This document shows positions 25,301-39,121 of a stretch of DNA of 64,000 nucleotides, piece by piece. This DNA comes from Perkinsus olseni (taxonomy: Eukaryota), in assembly GCA_013115125.1 (NCBI GenBank), contig JABANN010000041.1, forward strand, positions 1 through 64,000. The letters are read 5' to 3'. The position numbers and the translations under genes are program-made. A model generated the notes under the pieces. The model searched no databases. It was not told the origin of the DNA and was given only the letters and a program-made list of their open reading frames with translations. Numbering within the stretch: the stretch's first letter is position 1; every line of letters starts with the position of its first letter.

Positions 25301-27627
25301 CGCGCCTTTGCCCAACTCCTCATCATTAATCAAGTCATTCAAATACACATCATCAACCGGGAACCGCTGGCCTTGAATCGTGATAGCCTTCGGCGCCGTA
25401 CCGTTGTTCAAGTCCGTGAAATACCTGACAGACCTCCGCCTCCCACACTACTCAACAGCACGATTCCCGTTAAAATAATGGGGTCGTGGAGAATGTTCGA
25501 AGATTCCCTCAACAACCCAAACGCGATCGACTCCAATAATTCGCTATCCGTTGTCCTGCACTTTCTCACGTGCTACAACCATCTGAACTCATCTCCACAA
25601 CCACTACATCTGCCATCCTACTGTGAGAAAAGATCCGAATTAAGTGTAGCGCTCATGATGACCAATTTAGTGTCACCGTTCTCCGGCCTCAGCAACAACC
25701 GCTTACAGATCAGACTCAGGAAATCAGAGTCCAAGGTGCGCTCGTGGACCTAGAGAAAACCATAATCGGTACAGGGTGCTCGTCAGGAGGGTGCAGGTGA
25801 ACACCTCTCACCTCGTCGAGCACAATATGGGTATACAGATGAACGTCGTCTGGTCTGTGGATGAGCACTTGCAACAGATATCCTGTCGTCACGTACCTGA
25901 ATAAACAAGACGCCTAAAGGAGACGAGTTCCAGTGTGTTCAGGAGTTCTGGGTCCAACGCCGAGAACCGGCTTAGTCAGACTAGCACTGCCGTATCTTGT
26001 TTCATAAGGGATGAGTTCAGTCAATTTAGCCAAGTTTAGGCAGCTCCCGCAACATGCCGCGCCTGAGTAGGCCTCGTGAAATCAGAGACCGAACATCTCA
26101 CCAGCGAAACGCCCCTCCACACTAAGCCACACACCGCCACTTACTCAATCTGCGTATCCTCGGACACGTTGCTCTGCCCCGACACACGGTAGCCCGTTAC
26201 TTGGCCCAAAGTGTTCGGGTTGCAAAATCCAGCAACTCTGATCACTAGAGCATTGAATAGAGCGCAAAGGCCATCACTCCTTACCTGCGAGCGACCTGAA
26301 TCGCAGCAATCCTGCGGGGCTGAGTGCACACAATCTTCGCAAGACGTCTACCTGCGGCCCAAGCAGACTCAACAAACCAGGGACCCTCAGTGGCCATAAA
26401 CCCGACCAAAAACTGTGCTTGGTTGCGCGTACTAGTGATCGCACTTCACAATTCGATTCCGACTCGGCTGATTACTCAGCTAATATCACATGGTCGATCG
26501 GCCTGGCTTCACCTTCCAGCGCTGTAGCGCCATCGGTCGCGAACGAGGAGAGTTCGCTGCATGGTCCCTACCGAATACTACCAGCCTCAGTTCCGCGATT
26601 TGGACCGACGTCTTGATCATCCTCAGCGAGCAAGAGAAGAGGAATCATCGTAGTCTTCCCAGATCCAGTGTCACCCTCGATGCAGGCGACTCTATGCCTC
26701 CGAACTCGCTTACAAACCTACACGGTGTGATATATTGTATCTTGCATGGGTCAACCTCGGATATGTCAGCGATTGTTACCTTCTCGCCCACTCGGAAAAC
26801 GGGCAAAGCCGTGCATTCACCTTCTGGAAAACGCACCTGACCAACCCTCCACACAGTGCCTAACGAGCTCTGCTTCTTACCTTGCCATCAGCGCCGGCCA
26901 TTTGCCTCAGCTTCCTCATGTTGCTGTCATCATCATCGTCATCCTCATCCTCATCGAAGTACGCGAAATCCTCATCGTCGTCATCATCGTCGTCGTCGTC
27001 AGCGCCATCGTCGGCTAAATCGGGGTCCACGCAGTCTCCTTCAGCTCTCTCTTCCGATTCGCCTGCAGCGTACCTATCAGGTAGTCGCTATAACTTCTAC
27101 GGATGAACCATTCCATTTGACACGCCCTTAACTCCTTCATCATGCCCGAGAGAGCGAAAGCGAAGCCGTGAGCAGCATAACCAGTTCACACAGATGCAAA
27201 GAAGCCTGCTCATTCAGAGTTCTATCAGAAGCGAGTTCAGTCAAACAGGCCTACTATTTCTCCCAAAGCAACCCACCGCCAAGTGCAGGTTGGCGGTAAG
27301 ACAATGGGGGATCGATAAGCCGATCCAGCAGCAGGCAACAACCATGACAACACTCAGTTGCTACTGCCACTGTAGATCGATTAGCACACATAATTGCCGG
27401 CGTGGAGATATCCGTCTCCTTCACCATCATTCGTACTCTGGCTCCCCCCCTTCCTCCTCTTCAATCGCTATGCTCTCCGCATCACTGCTGCTGGTATCGG
27501 ATTCAACCGAAACCCCATCCTCGTCGTCGTCGGACCAATCATCATCCAACTGGCGCTCGTCGATTTCGGCCACCCGGGAGAGCATGGAGAATGAACAAGC
27601 CTGTCCGACAGCCTCCCCCACATCCAT
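22338..27627 (-). CDS. DExH-box (RHA family) RNA helicase with an acidic N-terminus, many exons
   Basis: GDTGSGKTT (I), TQPRRIAA (Ia), YVTTGYLLQ (Ib), DEVHER (II), MSAT (III), LVFVPG (IV), PLHS, ATNIAESS (V), RAGRTGR (VI). Confidence 0.93.
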
Positions 27628-27810
27628 GACCCAGCGCGCTACATCGGGAAAATCTTAAAGTAACTAAATTTTTCTCTGACCCACTCTACGCAACGCCACA
27701 TGAGCTGGAAACACACACGTCATGAAATCAAAAAAATGTATACATCACGGCGGGAGAATCCACGACATAGAAAAACTCGGATAAAAAATACGCTTTGACG
27801 TCGCCTTGCC

Positions 27811-30800
27811 TCAATGTAGTGTCGGGAAAGCTCCACTGAGCTTGGTCACGTCGACCGCCGGCTCCCTCCACCTCGAGGTGATCGTCTTAATCCTAGTGTA
27901 GAATTGAACCTTAGCAATCAAATGAGCAAGCGCCCCTCAAGTTGCTCTGCCACCCACCCCAGCCTTTCCATAGAAGTTGAGGCTGGCCCATGCGGATCTG
28001 TTCCAACCCGTGAAAGAGAACATCGGCAATGGCACAGGAATGGGCAGATTGATACCAACCTGCCACGAGAAACAATCGCGTTGAGACGACCGCTGTTGAG
28101 CAGGTCTATGACCTGCTCCTGCTAATCGAAACGGACCTCTTCAAGGAAAGCAACCCAGTATTCACGAAAACCGACATCACTTCCGGGAGCCCGTTGCCGA
28201 TAGAATTAATAGGATGGGTGGCGCAAATAGTACGAGGGGTGGCCGGATGCCCACCTGGCCAACATTGATGTCGGTCTGGAACTTCCGCGCCACCGCACCA
28301 TTCTGGGTGAAAATAGCCACTCCGTTGCCAAACCTGCACCAACCGAGGAATCTGGGGACGCTGCACCGTCAGGGCAGAGGTGGTGGTAATCACGGGCTTT
28401 CTCTCATCATACGATCAGCCTACTGATTAGCGTTGATGAGATCGATCGCATCCTGCAGTGTGTCGACCTCAGCGCAGGTCGCCACTGGTCCGAACACCTC
28501 CTGGTCGTAAGATGTCATGCCGGGCTTGCATCCAGTGATGACGGTAGGTCCGACGAAGTTACCATCAGGGTAACCAGGGATCTACGGAGATACGTGGAAG
28601 CGACCGACAGGGAAGGCTAAATTTCCCCAATCAACCACCAAGAGTGACAAGAAACGAAGCGTCGACCAAACCAACTCCTAGTTGGCAACTAGCTCACAAG
28701 CAAAAGAGCCACCAACGTCGGTTCAGCCCAAGCGGCAAGCATTTGTAAGCATTGGGCCTAGAAGGCCTCGGTTGACCAATCGACTACTAGAAACAAGCGT
28801 ATTTAACGGTGTTGAATCAGGGTCTCCGAGAGCTCCAAACCTCTCACTTGAGGATGTCTCCCATCCAACAACAGTCTCGCTCCTTCACCCGTGCATCCCC
28901 CTATTATGTTCTCCACTCTCGAGAGTGCTTCCTTGGACACCAGCGGACCGAAGTCAGCGGATGCGTCCAAACCCTACACCAATATGATGGCATCGAAAAA
29001 TTAAAGCGAATACGAACATCTCCACAACTATGGATGCTATCGCCGTAGTTCCATCAACGCAGCAGGTGAGACCATACACAGAATCGGAAAAAGTGATCCA
29101 GGTCCAGCAGGGATCGTTAATGCCGAGGAGCTGTTCGACACCGGAAGCCTCAGTCCACCAACCCAATGCCACGACTATAACTATAACTGCCAACTATAAC
29201 TGCGCGGCTAGCAATCACCAAGTTAACATCTATACGCCCCTCGGCACTTGGGATGAGCGGGTGAGTGAACCAAGACACAGTTTCGCCCTACATGCCCCGC
29301 TTTGAACTTCTTCGCCCTCTCCACCAGCTCGGGTAACCACTCTCTCGCTTCACCGACGAACACTGGTACCGAGAGGGCCATGCACCGCTGCCCAGCCGCG
29401 CCGAAGGCCGCATTAGCCACCATATTAAGGGCCTGAGGACGCGAGGAAGCTTGATGACTAACAATTCCCGAGGGTGCCCACAGCCGAGCTTCTCGAACAA
29501 ATTCCTACCGTGCCGCCATTTTACGTACCAGCAGACCATGGAAAGCTACGAAAATGAAGGGCCTGGTACGAACGTACCGCGAAATCAAGGTAACTCGTTC
29601 GATAGCGTCAGCCTGAATCAGACCAAGGCCCGCTTACGTCCTCCTTGTCCGCATCCGGCATGACAACGCAATGGTTCTTCGCTCCCATGTTAGCCTGGAC
29701 CCTCTTTCCGTGAGCTGCGCCAGTTCGGTAAATGAACTCGCCTAAAACCCAGGTCTAAGGCGAGTGTAAATAGAGAGAGGAAAGATACCTGCCGTGTTGC
29801 CACCGACGAAACTGATCGCCTTGATGCTCGGGTGCTTGCAAATCCAGTCTACCGATTCGACTCCGCCGTGGACCATGTTGACGACCCCGTCGGGCATACC
29901 TCACAGGAACAATTAAAGAGAGCAACACAGACAGCCGGTAAGGCGTGGAGATACAAATGCTTCCTTCGAAGCTCGAAGCGCTACTACCAATAGAGATTAG
30001 TTACGCGCACTCGCACTACTCTGCCTTCCAGAAATGTCATATACGAGCGAAAAGGGCGTGCAGACACTTCACCGTTAGGTGGTGCTAGTACCGGTGTCCA
30101 TGAGCAGCTCCATCAAGCGCACTGACGTCAGAGGCACTCGAGGACTGGGCTTCAAAATGAATCTAGGGAGACGACGAGGACGTCAAAACACTGAGGCCGA
30201 TTATTCACACGCAATGATCAAATTGAATGGTCAATTATCATATTAGAAATGATCAACACCGCCGAGGACGACGATGCTGTTGGGTTCTGAAATCTCTCTG
30301 GATTGCCATAATAACGCCGTTGACGATGCTGTACCATCTCAACTTCATGTAAAGTGAATACGACCCTACTTGAAAATATTGAAGAGGGGAAAATATATAG
30401 AGGCTCTTAACTCCGATTGGGAGACCAAGGAGTTCTCACTCAACCTCATCATGCCACGCATCGCCACACCGCTCACTACGTGTTGCCCGTAGTGACCGCC
30501 AGAGGGAACATCCACATCGGTATCATCGCGGGGAAGTTGAAGGGGCATATCCCAGCTACCACTCCGAGGGGTTCGCGGAAGGAGTAGGTGTCCACGCCAT
30601 TAGCCACGCCTTGGACCGTCTCGCCTACGAGAGAAGCACTTCACCAAGAATGCATCACACCAATTATCACCCATCATGATGGTCTGCACTGAGCAGCTAT
30701 GCTCCACAACCTCGAGACCTCGGAAAACCTATCAGGTGAAATAGACTCGGCCATCCAACGTTCCGTCACTCCTACGCTTCCTTTGGCATCCTCCAATGTC

Positions 30801-31466
30801 TTTCCCAACTCATCCGACACTATGCGGGCGAGGTTATCCATGTCCTGTGCGAATCGGCGGAAATTTGGTATGAAAATTTGCATCCAGACGCACCTTTCGT
30901 ATCAACTCCGCGTATTTGAACATGTATCTCTGACGGACGGACACGGGCACCTGTCATCGAGCCGGATGATAGTCACCCAGTCACCCCTAGAGAGAGACCC
31001 ACCCTCTTCCAAGAATGGAACGTCTCGCTGGCCGTCTTCGCGGCTGCCTCCAACTCATCCACGGAGCACTTGGGCGTCTTGGAGAGGACATTCTGGGTCG
31101 CCGGATCCACCACATCAATTTCAACCTGCGTGTGAGACCAGTGCGAGCGATCGAACCAGGTGAAGAAGGTTATCGAATACACTGGGATGAAGCCTTCAAG
31201 AAGCAACGACAATGACGCGAGTGATGGACCATCGAATCACAATGAATGGTCTCCAATCCGAGGCTTAGCACAGTGCACAATAACGAGCGTAGCAAGGACG
31301 ATAACGGCCTTGTCACCTGTCCACTCTTGGACTCGATGAACTTCCCTCCCACGAACATGGGCACGCTCGACGGGTAGGGGCCACCGGGAGTGATTACCGA
31401 GAACCCACGCACAGCACTCACGGCAACGCACTTGGACGAGCGGAACTTGAGCGACGCGGTGAGCAT
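27811..31466 (-). CDS. ALDH6A1: Methylmalonate-semialdehyde dehydrogenase (acylating), mitochondrial; many exons
   Basis: [49 protein letters not shown] (catalytic Cys), EVFGP, GQVGI; N-terminal targeting-like peptide. Confidence 0.95.
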
Positions 31467-31574
31467 ACCGTCAGGCACTGAAACGACCCAGGTTCGACCC
31501 TAGCACTTCAATAATTCATCATCACTAAGCAGGACACTCGTATTGAAGTCGGAAACACATGAGACGTTCCATGG

Positions 31575-32889
31575 CTAGTGGTAGAGGGTCTTGTCAGGCT
31601 TGGCCTGCTTGTACCACTCCTTGTAAGGGCCGAGCTTGTGATTGGGGATGTTCAGCGGCATGATCTGCTCTCCATGACGATGATACGGTATGAGCACCTG
31701 ACCCTTCCCGCCGGCCTTCTTGTACCGCCGATCAGGATGGTACAGCCGCTGCAACTCATCGACGTTGTCCACTCGAGAGCTCGGTATCTTTGCCTTGTAC
31801 CTACAGCATCAGAACTAGGGTTCAACTTCCGATTCAAAGCCTCTCGCTTCCCTCGTCAACACACGCTAACTCATTCCGAGGAACATGGTGTTGCTCCGTG
31901 GAAATGCACCATCGCCATCAAATGTGTATCCTTACTCTTCCATAGCTCGCTTCACCGCCGGTAGGTTATCCATAAGGCTTTTGAATTCATCCGGAGACAA
32001 GTAGCACAGCGGTCGACGCCTACATGTGAGACGAGCGAGGAGCGGAAACGAGCACGCGCAAGCATGCGGCGCAGCGGGGCTCAGCGAATTCCTCACGAGA
32101 GCTAGGGCCGAGCATCGACATAACTTCTGATCTAGCGCCACGCTGGGAGTCGCCTAAGGCTCACTCCTCCGTGTCAAGATAGACTCACTATACACCCTCT
32201 CACTCGCACGAGTCTCACCGGAAGTCGGTTATGCAAAGGACTGTTTCCACTTGGTACTCAGGGTTCTCGTCAGCCTCCTCCGGCGTGAGGTCCTGAGAAA
32301 GCGACTTCTGAAAGCTTACCACCGCGAATTGGAAAATTCTCACATCACGCACAACAGCGGCTACCAAGGAAAAAGTAATGCTCATCTGAACCGGCCGAGT
32401 CGATTGCCCAGCCTCTTACTTTCTCGTGTGTTGCCATGATATAATCATTAGGATTCTCGCCAGGACGTAACAACGAAAGAGCGATCTCGTCTCGCATCTG
32501 CCACCAGAAAAGACTCCTCGAACCGAAGAAAGATAACAGAATAAACCACACCCATTTCGGACGGGAGATGTCTTCGTCAGGACGTCGAGGGTCCGCTTTC
32601 AACTCCACATTCGGCCGGGCGTTGTAAACAAAGAACTGCTTGCCCCATGGTTCGATTGGCTAAGAGAACAACTGATGGCGTCATGATCAGAAACCTAACC
32701 TATTTCGTATCTTGCACGCTCAACCCCGCCCGCACGCGCGCGCGAAAGATTCTCCAATATCACCTGTACTGGGGACGCATCCTTCGGTGGCCAGAAGCGG
32801 AACTTCGCCTGCCATCGTTTAATATCTGCCACAACGAACGATAAGACCAATCGCGCGTTTTTCCATCTCAACATGTTCCAATCAGGCAT
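31575..32889 (-). CDS. Multi-exon hypothetical protein
   Basis: Exons MPDWNMLRWK..., RPNVELKADPRRP..., LCYLSPDEFK..., ...KPDKTLYH* linked by short GT-AG introns. Confidence 0.6.
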
Positions 32890-32999
32890 TTGGTGAGACA
32901 GGATACCGAGAGATCCGAGGTTGAACAGCGCAAGATCCGGGATAGGTCGAATCCAATATCCAGCTATCCTTACTTTTAACGAAGATGAAAGGGGGATGT

Positions 33000-34787
33000 C
33001 GAAGCCTCATTGTAACCCAACCGACAGCTGTAAAAGACCCGTGCACCCGATAATGCTCTGAGTCCGCTGAGAAACTTCAAGAGCGCACAAGAGAGCAAGA
33101 TCAGACAGTTCCTCGTTGGCGCATCACTGCTAACATCTTCATGAGTTACTCCACAGAGAATAAGGCTCGCAAGTGGCAACGAAGGAAGGAATATCTCCGC
33201 CGTGCTCATCAGCATAACCACAGCGGCATCCTGAGTGAACCAAAGGGCACACGTGCCCCAGCTACCTCCCCGAAGGTGACAGTTCACCAAGTACCTCACC
33301 TTCGCCAATTCATCGCTAGCGATCTTTCAGGCCTGTGAAATAGCCCAGGCTCCCTCACAGCCCTGTATAAAGGTGCATACGTGATGTTAACTCAGTCAGC
33401 GTGATTCCCCCCATCGTAGGTTCACATCTGCACGTTCAACAGCTGTGGTACGGTCCCTCGTGGCGACGATCTCGACCGGCTCCTCCCCACCCCTCGCCCC
33501 GATATACTCGCCATCGGCCTCAGTGAATTCGGCATGTCCCTTGAGAAGACTCTCATCAATAAGAAAACCCTTCGAGTAAGTCTCCTCACAGCACGCCGGG
33601 TCGTCTATGCTCCCTTCCAGGTGCTCAGCCGCAACTGGGCCGCCGACGTGCAGCAGCGTCTCGGAGCCGATCAGTTTACCCTGGTGGCATCTCGTCAACT
33701 ACAAGGCCTTCTGCTGGTGGTCTTCGCTCGCGTTGACCTGCCCTATTGTCCTCTCGCTGTTAAGACCGACGCGGTGGCCACTGGGGCCGGCAACGTCGTG
33801 GGCAACAAAGGCGCCGTCATTGTCAAGCTCTTTCTGAGCGCCCAACAATCTGCTGACTCTGATGAACAGCAAGACTCAATCAGAGTCGATCCGAATCCAC
33901 ACAAGCGTGTGTCGTCGACAACTAAGGACCCGCCCCAAGCCAGTTTGACGTTTGTTCAATGCCACCTAGCAGCGCATCCACGAAACACGAAAAGGAGGAA
34001 TCAAGATTATGAGCGAATATTGACGACGAGTCGGCTTCTACAACACTTCAGTAGACATCGACCTTCGAAGAGCCGGAATCACCGTCCTCGCCCTGCGCAT
34101 CATCACCATCACACCACGAAGCGGCGGCCTCGCGTCGGAGTGTTCCGCCGTTTCCAAAAGCTCTACCGAAGGCGAGAAAAAGACACTTTCCGCAACATGA
34201 GGGGGCCCGTCTTTCTCTTCGGGGATCTCAACTTCCGCGTGCAGTGCGGCAACCGAGCGTACTGTGATCGGTTGCTCGCTATGGGACGGTTTGACGAGCT
34301 GCTCCATAAGAGATGTCAACTGACTAGGCAGCTGTTGCACAACGATGATAGTGATGACTCACAGGGGTCGGAGGAATCACTGGGAGAAATAGAAACAGTT
34401 TCCAGAGCACCGCCGTGGAGCGAGTGGAAGGAGGCACCGATCTTATTCCCACCCACGTACAAGTTCGACATGGGCACGAACGTGTAAGTGAACCCGACGG
34501 GCGATGTTTTTTCTCTTGGCGATATTGGGAGAGATAATTAACCCAGCTCTTGAATGCAACGTGCAAGCGAAGATTGTTTGTAGAAGGGATCTTCTCTTAG
34601 GTACGACACGAGTGACAAGCAGCGAATCCCTTCCTGGACTGATCGAATTTTGTGGCGATCCGACGCTGACGGTCTTCACCAAATAAACTGCCAAGCCTAC
34701 GACTCCATCTCTAGCGTGAAGTCTTCGGATCATCGTCCTGTCTACGCGAGCTTCGATATACGCCTTGGGTCGACGGATGGCATCTGA
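33000..34787 (+). CDS. Inositol polyphosphate 5-phosphatase (IPPc); start approximate
   Basis: [35 protein letters not shown] / [29 protein letters not shown]. Confidence 0.93.
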
Positions 34788-35505
34788 GCGGAAGCCGGAC
34801 TACTGCTGCTTACGGTCGTGGTGAGAGCACGGCGGGGGGCAACTCGGCGGCAGAGCATTCCCCTTGAAGGGGGCAAACGAGAAGGCGGGGCCTGATCCTT
34901 GTCTCAATTGCATGTACCGTTCCACTGCGAGAATCGTTGGACACATCGTTGTGCATTGCGTTGAGAAGCTCCGTACGGGTTCTTAACGAAAGAGGGATAT
35001 CGGAGTTTTCTGAGCTGACTACCATCAAACTTATCGGCCCGTCGCCTTTTTTAAAGCCCACGAACGCTAAGTCACAATCTACCGCAGGGTGCGTTCACCG
35101 ACAGCTCTAGGGCTTCGAGTTGTACCAAACATTAGGGCGATGCGGTTAGAGAAAGCCGGCTGAGGGCCCGTGAGAAGCTGAATATGCCGAGCACATGCAC
35201 CGTCCTCGACTGGTTTACCACCAACGAACGGTTCTACAACGTGGGAGTGAATCAATCTCGAAGTACGACTGCTAAGGTCATTGCCCCCTAATGGAACTAA
35301 TAAGCGCAACTCGAGAGATCAAAGCAGACATCAGTAACATTCTCACATAGCATCATAATGTAACATGTGTTATCTACCAACACGCTCACCCAAAGTTCAG
35401 GGCCTCCAAGGGCCCGTACGAGCGGGGTATCAACAGAGCAACAGGTGCATTCACTGATCAAGCAACTATAAGACACACCCCGGCCACGATTGAAACAAGG
35501 GTATC

Positions 35506-36571
35506 CTAGCCGTTCTCTTCACGCTGAAGCACACAGCTTCCAGAAGGGGAGGAAGGGGAGGAGCTCTCCGGCTTGGACCCTCGCGGCCGCGGAGTGGATC
35601 GAGATGTCACGCTGATAGTCGAGCACCATCGCGGCTTCGGCATAGGACGCGGTTCGATGATCCTTGAGATAGATCGCCCTGGCTTTGGTGTAGGGCGCCT
35701 CCATCGCGGCCTTGGAGTGGGGCGGAGACTAACTCGCGGTTTCGGAGTAGGTCGCGATCTGGCAGCGTTTGGGGTGAGATGGAGCATCATACTGGTGAGG
35801 TTCATGTACGTGTAGTAGGCGCGGAAGAAAGGATGCCCCAGACACGACAGATCGTTATCGTCCACGAGAAGATCCAGCACAGACTCTTCAGACCAGCACT
35901 CGCGTATGTAGTGTTTCGGATAGATCCTTATAGGTGTGGGCCGCGAACCCGAACTGTCAATGAGGTGAAAGCCCAATATGGGGAGGTAATCGCGAAATGG
36001 TGTTGACGACCAAACCACCCCCCGGTTATCGAACCATAAGGGTTGCAGCGTGGCTCAGGTCGCCGGGGTATAGTAATATTGCCGCGGAGAAGCGCCGTCA
36101 TTTTACTTCGGTAACATCTTGCTTAGATAATCTTAGGCGACTGACCAGTATTGATGGCCCAATGGGCCAGGCCCATAGTGGGTGCCATTGCTAAGCTTAG
36201 TGAGCATTCGATATGCACACTCGAGGCTCATGGTCCATGAGCCATGGATCTTGAGGTAGTGGCTCCACTGATGTCACCGGTTGAAGTCCGACCCGAGTTG
36301 CTGATCCGCAAGCTGACAGACTGATGATACATCGGGCTAGACTGGTTCGTGTCTGATCCTTCGGCCTCAGGAGTGTGGGATAGAAACTACATTGAACTAC
36401 GGAACTAGGAACCTCAGCTATTTGCCGTGAAAGCGCGGCCTGGTGATACCTGATGATATCCGGGAGATTACTATACCACCGTCTTTCGCGGTGGCCAGAG
36501 CAATATCCGCTATAGAATATCGTCGTGTCGCTGAAAGGACTTCCAGATCGGGCACCCTGCTCTACATACAC
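35506..36571 (-). pseudogene. Decayed pepsin-like (A1) aspartic protease with an RPTPKPR-repeat tail
   Basis: C-terminal LGHPFFRAYYTYMNL matches LGVPFFRAYFTHFDL of the 44520-45671 protease; upstream frames are broken by stops, with a degenerate AINTG near 36150. Confidence 0.55.
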
Positions 36572-36689
36572 TGTGTACGGTACACATCATCTTCTCACGC
36601 ATGCACGGATGGTAGGTCGCTCTTTAGTTTCCGGTATCATACCAGATATATAGTAATACCGGCGGTATTCAGCTGAGGTTGACAAGTAA

Positions 36690-36900
36690 GCCTTTAGAAA
36701 TTGGTAATTGTGGATAATAGTAGTTATTATTTCGGTAGTTATTATATTTGTCGGTTGTAGTAGTTCATGGTAATAGAAAGTGTACATTACATACCACTAG
36801 TAGATTATAATACTTGATAATTATATGTAATAATAACAGATAATGATACTAGTGCATTACTGTGTAATAATAGATACCATAAGTAGATAATTTCTCCCCT
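36690..36900. repeat. AT-rich low-complexity tract
   Basis: TAA/TAG/ATT-rich stretch contrasting with the GC-rich flanking genes. Confidence 0.6.
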
Positions 36901-37858
36901 CTCGGACATAACTACTGGTTTAACTCAAGGCCCTATTTGAACTACAAATTTTGTAGGGCTCACCAGCGAGTACATACAACCCCAGGCATCTTCCGGGAAG
37001 ATTCTTCCCGCATATTTACACGAACGGTTCGTCTACATATGCGGGTTCGTGACGAACCCCGTTACATCTCCGTGGAAGGGAGTCGTTTCACGTTTTCATC
37101 GTGGCTTGTCGACGACAAGTTATCGTGTCGTGCGTTGCGTTCAACTCAGCGAGGGTGGAGAGAGGCGCGATTCCAAAAACGGACAGATTGAAAACGCAAC
37201 ACCTCCCCCCTGGAATCAAATACTTAATCCACTTTCTTACCATAATTAACGAGTCGTTAATATCGACTTAGCCCAGCGGCGCTGGGTCAGCGCCAACTCC
37301 TTCTTATCACAGCAAGATGAGATCAGCGGTATAAACAACCGAAGAACTACCACGAACTCTCAACTTACACTCAAACTCACTTAAACCATGAACTTTATAT
37401 ACATCGTCTTCTGATGTAGAGTGGTTACTGTAAAGCCTTCTCTGGCTGTGACTCTACGCTCCCAGCTGTCTTGATCGCCGCGATGAAAACTCTACAATCA
37501 TCACATAATAAGGACAAATAGCGAATCGCTATGTTAAAACTTTACGTTATCCCTTTACGCTTGCCATCATTGTCTTCGAAGTTTTACACATTTACCATCC
37601 TCGCACACACGTATACCCCTTTGCAAGCGGATAACATTGGCTGAGTTGTGGTACGACGCTTCTGCACGCATGGGCATGTCGCTGAAATTTGGGGATTTTT
37701 CTGGGGCGAGCGCTCCGCGCTCGCTGTTACTTGTAACTGTTTTACTCCTTACGCTGTTTCTTGAGTCGCTGGAATTTGGATTCGCTGGAATTTGGGCCAG
37801 CCGTTCTGTGCGACTGACACAGCGCGAGACTATCAGGCGCCCTTTTCCGCTCTATCCA

Positions 37859-39121
37859 ATGACAGAGTCGTTAAGCAAGAGCCCGTCGCCGCGGATTGGC
37901 ACGCACTCCACTTTGTCCGACCAGAGCCCGACAGAACCAGTCGTGCGGGTTGACGTATGGCTGTGCGCACAGTTCTGCTTCATCGGTGTGGTGGCTCTTC
38001 TCGGGTGGAACTTCATCTTGGGCGAGCTCGGGGTTCTGATAGACGCATTTGGAGCCCCTTATGGTACCTGGGTCTCTATGTGCTACTCTCTGCTCATCAA
38101 CGCTGGTCAGCTCCTACTCGTATTCATCGGCAACAAGTTTCGCTTCGCTCCAAGGTTCGACGTAGGATGCATTGGTATGGGAACTTCTCAAATACTCATC
38201 GCCATCGTTGCCGTGACTTGGGCTCGGTCCAGCCAAACAGCGGGTTTTGTCATGGGTTGTATTCTTATTGGTGTCTTCGGTTTCTCTAACGCTATGATGG
38301 AGTCCTCTATGTTCGGCCTTGCTGCCATGTGCGAGGCCCGATGCATGACGTGGATCATGGTCGGGGAAGGCCTCGCCGGGATAGTCCAGCTACCATTGAA
38401 TCTGCTTGTTAAAGTCGTCTTGGAGTCCATGAACATAAGTAATGTCCCTTACACGAAATTAGTCGTCTTCTTCGCAATCTCCATGCTCATAAACTACTCA
38501 ATCGTCCCCGTGTTCCGTTGGTGTACCATGAAACATCCCTACATGCAACATGTCTTCGCAGTGGAACGTGGCCGAGAGAAATTCAGTCTCAGCCAGTCTC
38601 TGCAAAGGCCACTACGTTCGATCCTCAGAGACACTCTCCCGCAGGCGTTCAACGCCTGGATAAACTTCGTTGTAACGTTTGTCGTCTTTCCCTGGTTGGT
38701 GTTCCGAATGCCGCCCTCCAACCTCAGTGTTGCCGACTTCGGAGCGTATGTCGTGTACACTTTCCAAGTTTTTGATACTATCGGTAGGCTCGCGCCGAGC
38801 CTGAGCATAAGACTTGGCAAGAGAGCAGTTCGATGGGCAACTCTCTCGCGGGTCATATTCATCCCAATTTTTTTCCTCTGTGTACATGTCAACGTACCAC
38901 CGTTTAATCAAGATTGGTTTCGATTCGTTGTGATGGCCTTGCTGGCTCTCACCAACGGTGTATGTATAACATGGATCATGATACACGGACCGACACAGGT
39001 GCCTGAGGATCGTCAGGAGGAGCAAGAGGTGGCTGGTTACACGATGGCTTTCGCTCTCATTAACGGTATATTTATCGGTTCGCTTCTGGCGACGCTCATT
39101 GAGGCAGTCGGGCCGTACTGA
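37859..39121 (+). CDS. Equilibrative nucleoside transporter (ENT/SLC29), intronless
   Basis: ~11 TM segments; GVVALLGWNF, ESSMFGLA, MVGEGLAG, TFVVFP, FDTIGR, LALTNG; likely ATG at 37859. Confidence 0.92.
   Translation: MTESLSKSPSPRIGTHSTLSDQSPTEPVVRVDVWLCAQFCFIGVVALLGWNFILGELGVLIDAFGAPYGTWVSMCYSLLINAGQLLLVFIGNKFRFAPRFDVGCIGMGTSQILIAIVAVTWARSSQTAGFVMGCILIGVFGFSNAMMESSMFGLAAMCEARCMTWIMVGEGLAGIVQLPLNLLVKVVLESMNISNVPYTKLVVFFAISMLINYSIVPVFRWCTMKHPYMQHVFAVERGREKFSLSQSLQRPLRSILRDTLPQAFNAWINFVVTFVVFPWLVFRMPPSNLSVADFGAYVVYTFQVFDTIGRLAPSLSIRLGKRAVRWATLSRVIFIPIFFLCVHVNVPPFNQDWFRFVVMALLALTNGVCITWIMIHGPTQVPEDRQEEQEVAGYTMAFALINGIFIGSLLATLIEAVGPY

Noticed and set aside
24950-25753. 267-aa + strand ORF and many similar short overlapping ORFs
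   Set aside because: Shadows of real opposite-strand exons (here the helicase)
27427-27450. Possible frameshift at a G7 run in the helicase first exon
   Set aside because: A GTACGA splice donor just before the stop explains it equally well; undecidable without reads
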